Positions 62,900-64,000 of a stretch of DNA of 64,000 nt are shown here, piece after piece. Made by a program: the position numbers and the translations under genes. Source of the stretch: an uncultured Alphaproteobacteria bacterium (GTDB lineage Bacteria > Pseudomonadota > Alphaproteobacteria > Rhodobacterales > Rhodobacteraceae). The notes under the pieces are model-generated. The model was not told where the DNA came from, did not search any database, and saw only the letters and a list, made by a program, of their open reading frames with translations. Location of the stretch: contig CACKFK010000001.1 in NCBI GenBank assembly GCA_902599445.1, positions 15,136 to 79,135 on the forward strand, read 5' to 3'. The stretch's first letter is position 1, and every line of letters starts with the position of its first letter.

Positions 62900-64000
62900 A
62901 TGGGACATGAAAGAAAGGATTTTGTTTTTACTTCAGAGTCTGTTTCAGAGGGGCATCCTGATAAGGTATGTGATAGGATTTCTGACTCTATACTAGATGA
63001 AATTATTGGCCATGATCCTATGGCTAGAGTTGCATGCGAAGCATTTGCTACCACTAACCAGGTAGTAATAGGAGGAGAGATAGGGTTTGCAAATAAGACT
63101 ACTATTTCCTCTCTTTCAGAGATAGTTATAGATGTTGTTCGTTCAACTGTGAAAGACATAGGATACGAACAAGAAGGATTTCATTGGAAAAATCTGGATG
63201 TTATTAATCTCCTTCACGAGCAATCTGCTGATATAGCACAGGGAGTTGATCGAGATGGTGCTGGCGATCAAGGCCTTATGTTTGGATATGCTGTTGATGA
63301 AACACCTGAATTGATGCCAGCACCGCTACAGTATTCGCAGGCAATCTTAAAACGTTTAAGTACTGCTAGAAGAAATGAACTTAAAGGTATACTGGGACCA
63401 GACTCAAAATCACAACTTACTATTAGTTATAAAGATGGTGAACCTAACTCGGTTAAATCAATAGTAGTCTCAGCACAACATTTAGATGAAAAATTGACTT
63501 CTGAAAATATTAAGGAATTAATTTTGCCTTATGTCACAGAAGTGATGCCTTCTGGTTGGTTGAGATCAGACACGGTTTGGCATGTAAATCCAACTGGAAA
63601 ATTTGTAATTGGAGGACCAGATGGCGATGCTGGTCTTACTGGCAGGAAAATCATAGTCGATACATATGGAGGTGCTGCTCCGCATGGTGGTGGTGCTTTT
63701 TCCGGTAAAGATCCAACTAAAGTAGATAGATCAGCAGCATATGCAGCAAGATACCTGGCAAAAAATGTTGTTGCTGCAGGTTTGGCAAAAAAATGTGTGC
63801 TGCAATTATCTTACGCTATAGGGATAGCGCAACCTTTGTCTATCTATGTCAATACTTTTGGGAGTAATTCAGTTCCAGAAGAACAAATTGAGTTAGCTAT
63901 TCAGAAATGCATGGATTTGAGTCCAAAGGGAATAATTGAGCACTTAGATTTGCTCAAGCCAATATACGCTAAGACTTCTGCATATGGACATTTTGGTCGG
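62900..64000 (+). CDS. metK: S-adenosylmethionine synthetase, N-terminal 367 aa; runs off the right edge
   Basis: Not in the ORF track because it is edge-truncated. Translation from the ATG at 62900 gives [29 protein letters not shown], later [28 protein letters not shown], and ends [11 protein letters not shown]. Confidence 0.95.
   Translation, partial: MGHERKDFVFTSESVSEGHPDKVCDRISDSILDEIIGHDPMARVACEAFATTNQVVIGGEIGFANKTTISSLSEIVIDVVRSTVKDIGYEQEGFHWKNLDVINLLHEQSADIAQGVDRDGAGDQGLMFGYAVDETPELMPAPLQYSQAILKRLSTARRNELKGILGPDSKSQLTISYKDGEPNSVKSIVVSAQHLDEKLTSENIKELILPYVTEVMPSGWLRSDTVWHVNPTGKFVIGGPDGDAGLTGRKIIVDTYGGAAPHGGGAFSGKDPTKVDRSAAYAARYLAKNVVAAGLAKKCVLQLSYAIGIAQPLSIYVNTFGSNSVPEEQIELAIQKCMDLSPKGIIEHLDLLKPIYAKTSAYGHFGR

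Noticed and set aside
62884-63159. A 91-aa minus-strand ORF at the right end of the window.
   Set aside because: It is antisense to the unmistakable metK reading frame ([16 protein letters not shown]...), which the ORF track omitted only because metK runs off the window edge.

Overview
This is a gene-dense 64-kb chromosomal segment with clear alphaproteobacterial synteny. It looks like a low-GC, streamlined, probably marine lineage; by eye GC is in the high 30s %, not computed. I call 54 protein-coding genes, two of them cut by the window edges, and almost all are core housekeeping. They include:
- lpdA-sucB-sucA-sucD-sucC-mdh on the minus strand, then nnrU-like and sdhC-sdhD-sdhA-(small lipoprotein)-sdhB.
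- A TauE/Alph_Pro_TM membrane pair, and a BMP-family nucleoside ABC importer with purine nucleoside phosphorylase.
- rimI-tsaB-nfu-usp, trpS-murJ-glnD, lpoA-like divergent from rsmI, gshB, yhhQ-like, smpB-dapA divergent from slt, smc, sseA, an aspC/tyrB-type aminotransferase and acs.
- irr divergent from fabA-fabB-fabI, then a haloacid dehalogenase, a threonine dehydratase-like enzyme and a dimethylglycine-dehydrogenase-like enzyme.
- miaB-phoH-ybeY-corC-lnt and metK.

I saw no rRNA, tRNA, CRISPR array, IS element, integrase or phage genes.

The only stretch that looks accessory or unusual is 44.0-49.8 kb. It holds a non-canonical SOS-mutagenesis cassette on the minus strand:
- The order is imuB, then a class I SAM methyltransferase, then dnaE2. 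No imuA is present.
- The DnaE2 ORF stops just before the expected C-terminal OB-fold.
- Two alphaproteobacterial-type LexA boxes (GTTC-N7-GTTC) each sit directly over the start codons of imuB and dnaE2.

Other points worth a second look:
- fabB is split by a +1 frameshift in a G8 homopolymer.
- A near-perfect Irr ICE motif lies upstream of the nfu Fe-S gene, with irr itself in the window.
- An abutting tandem repeat carrying the palindrome TGTGATCACA lies in the sucC promoter region.
- A small lipoprotein ORF is wedged between sdhA and sdhB.

Everything here comes from reading the sequence and the ORF translations. No database search was run.
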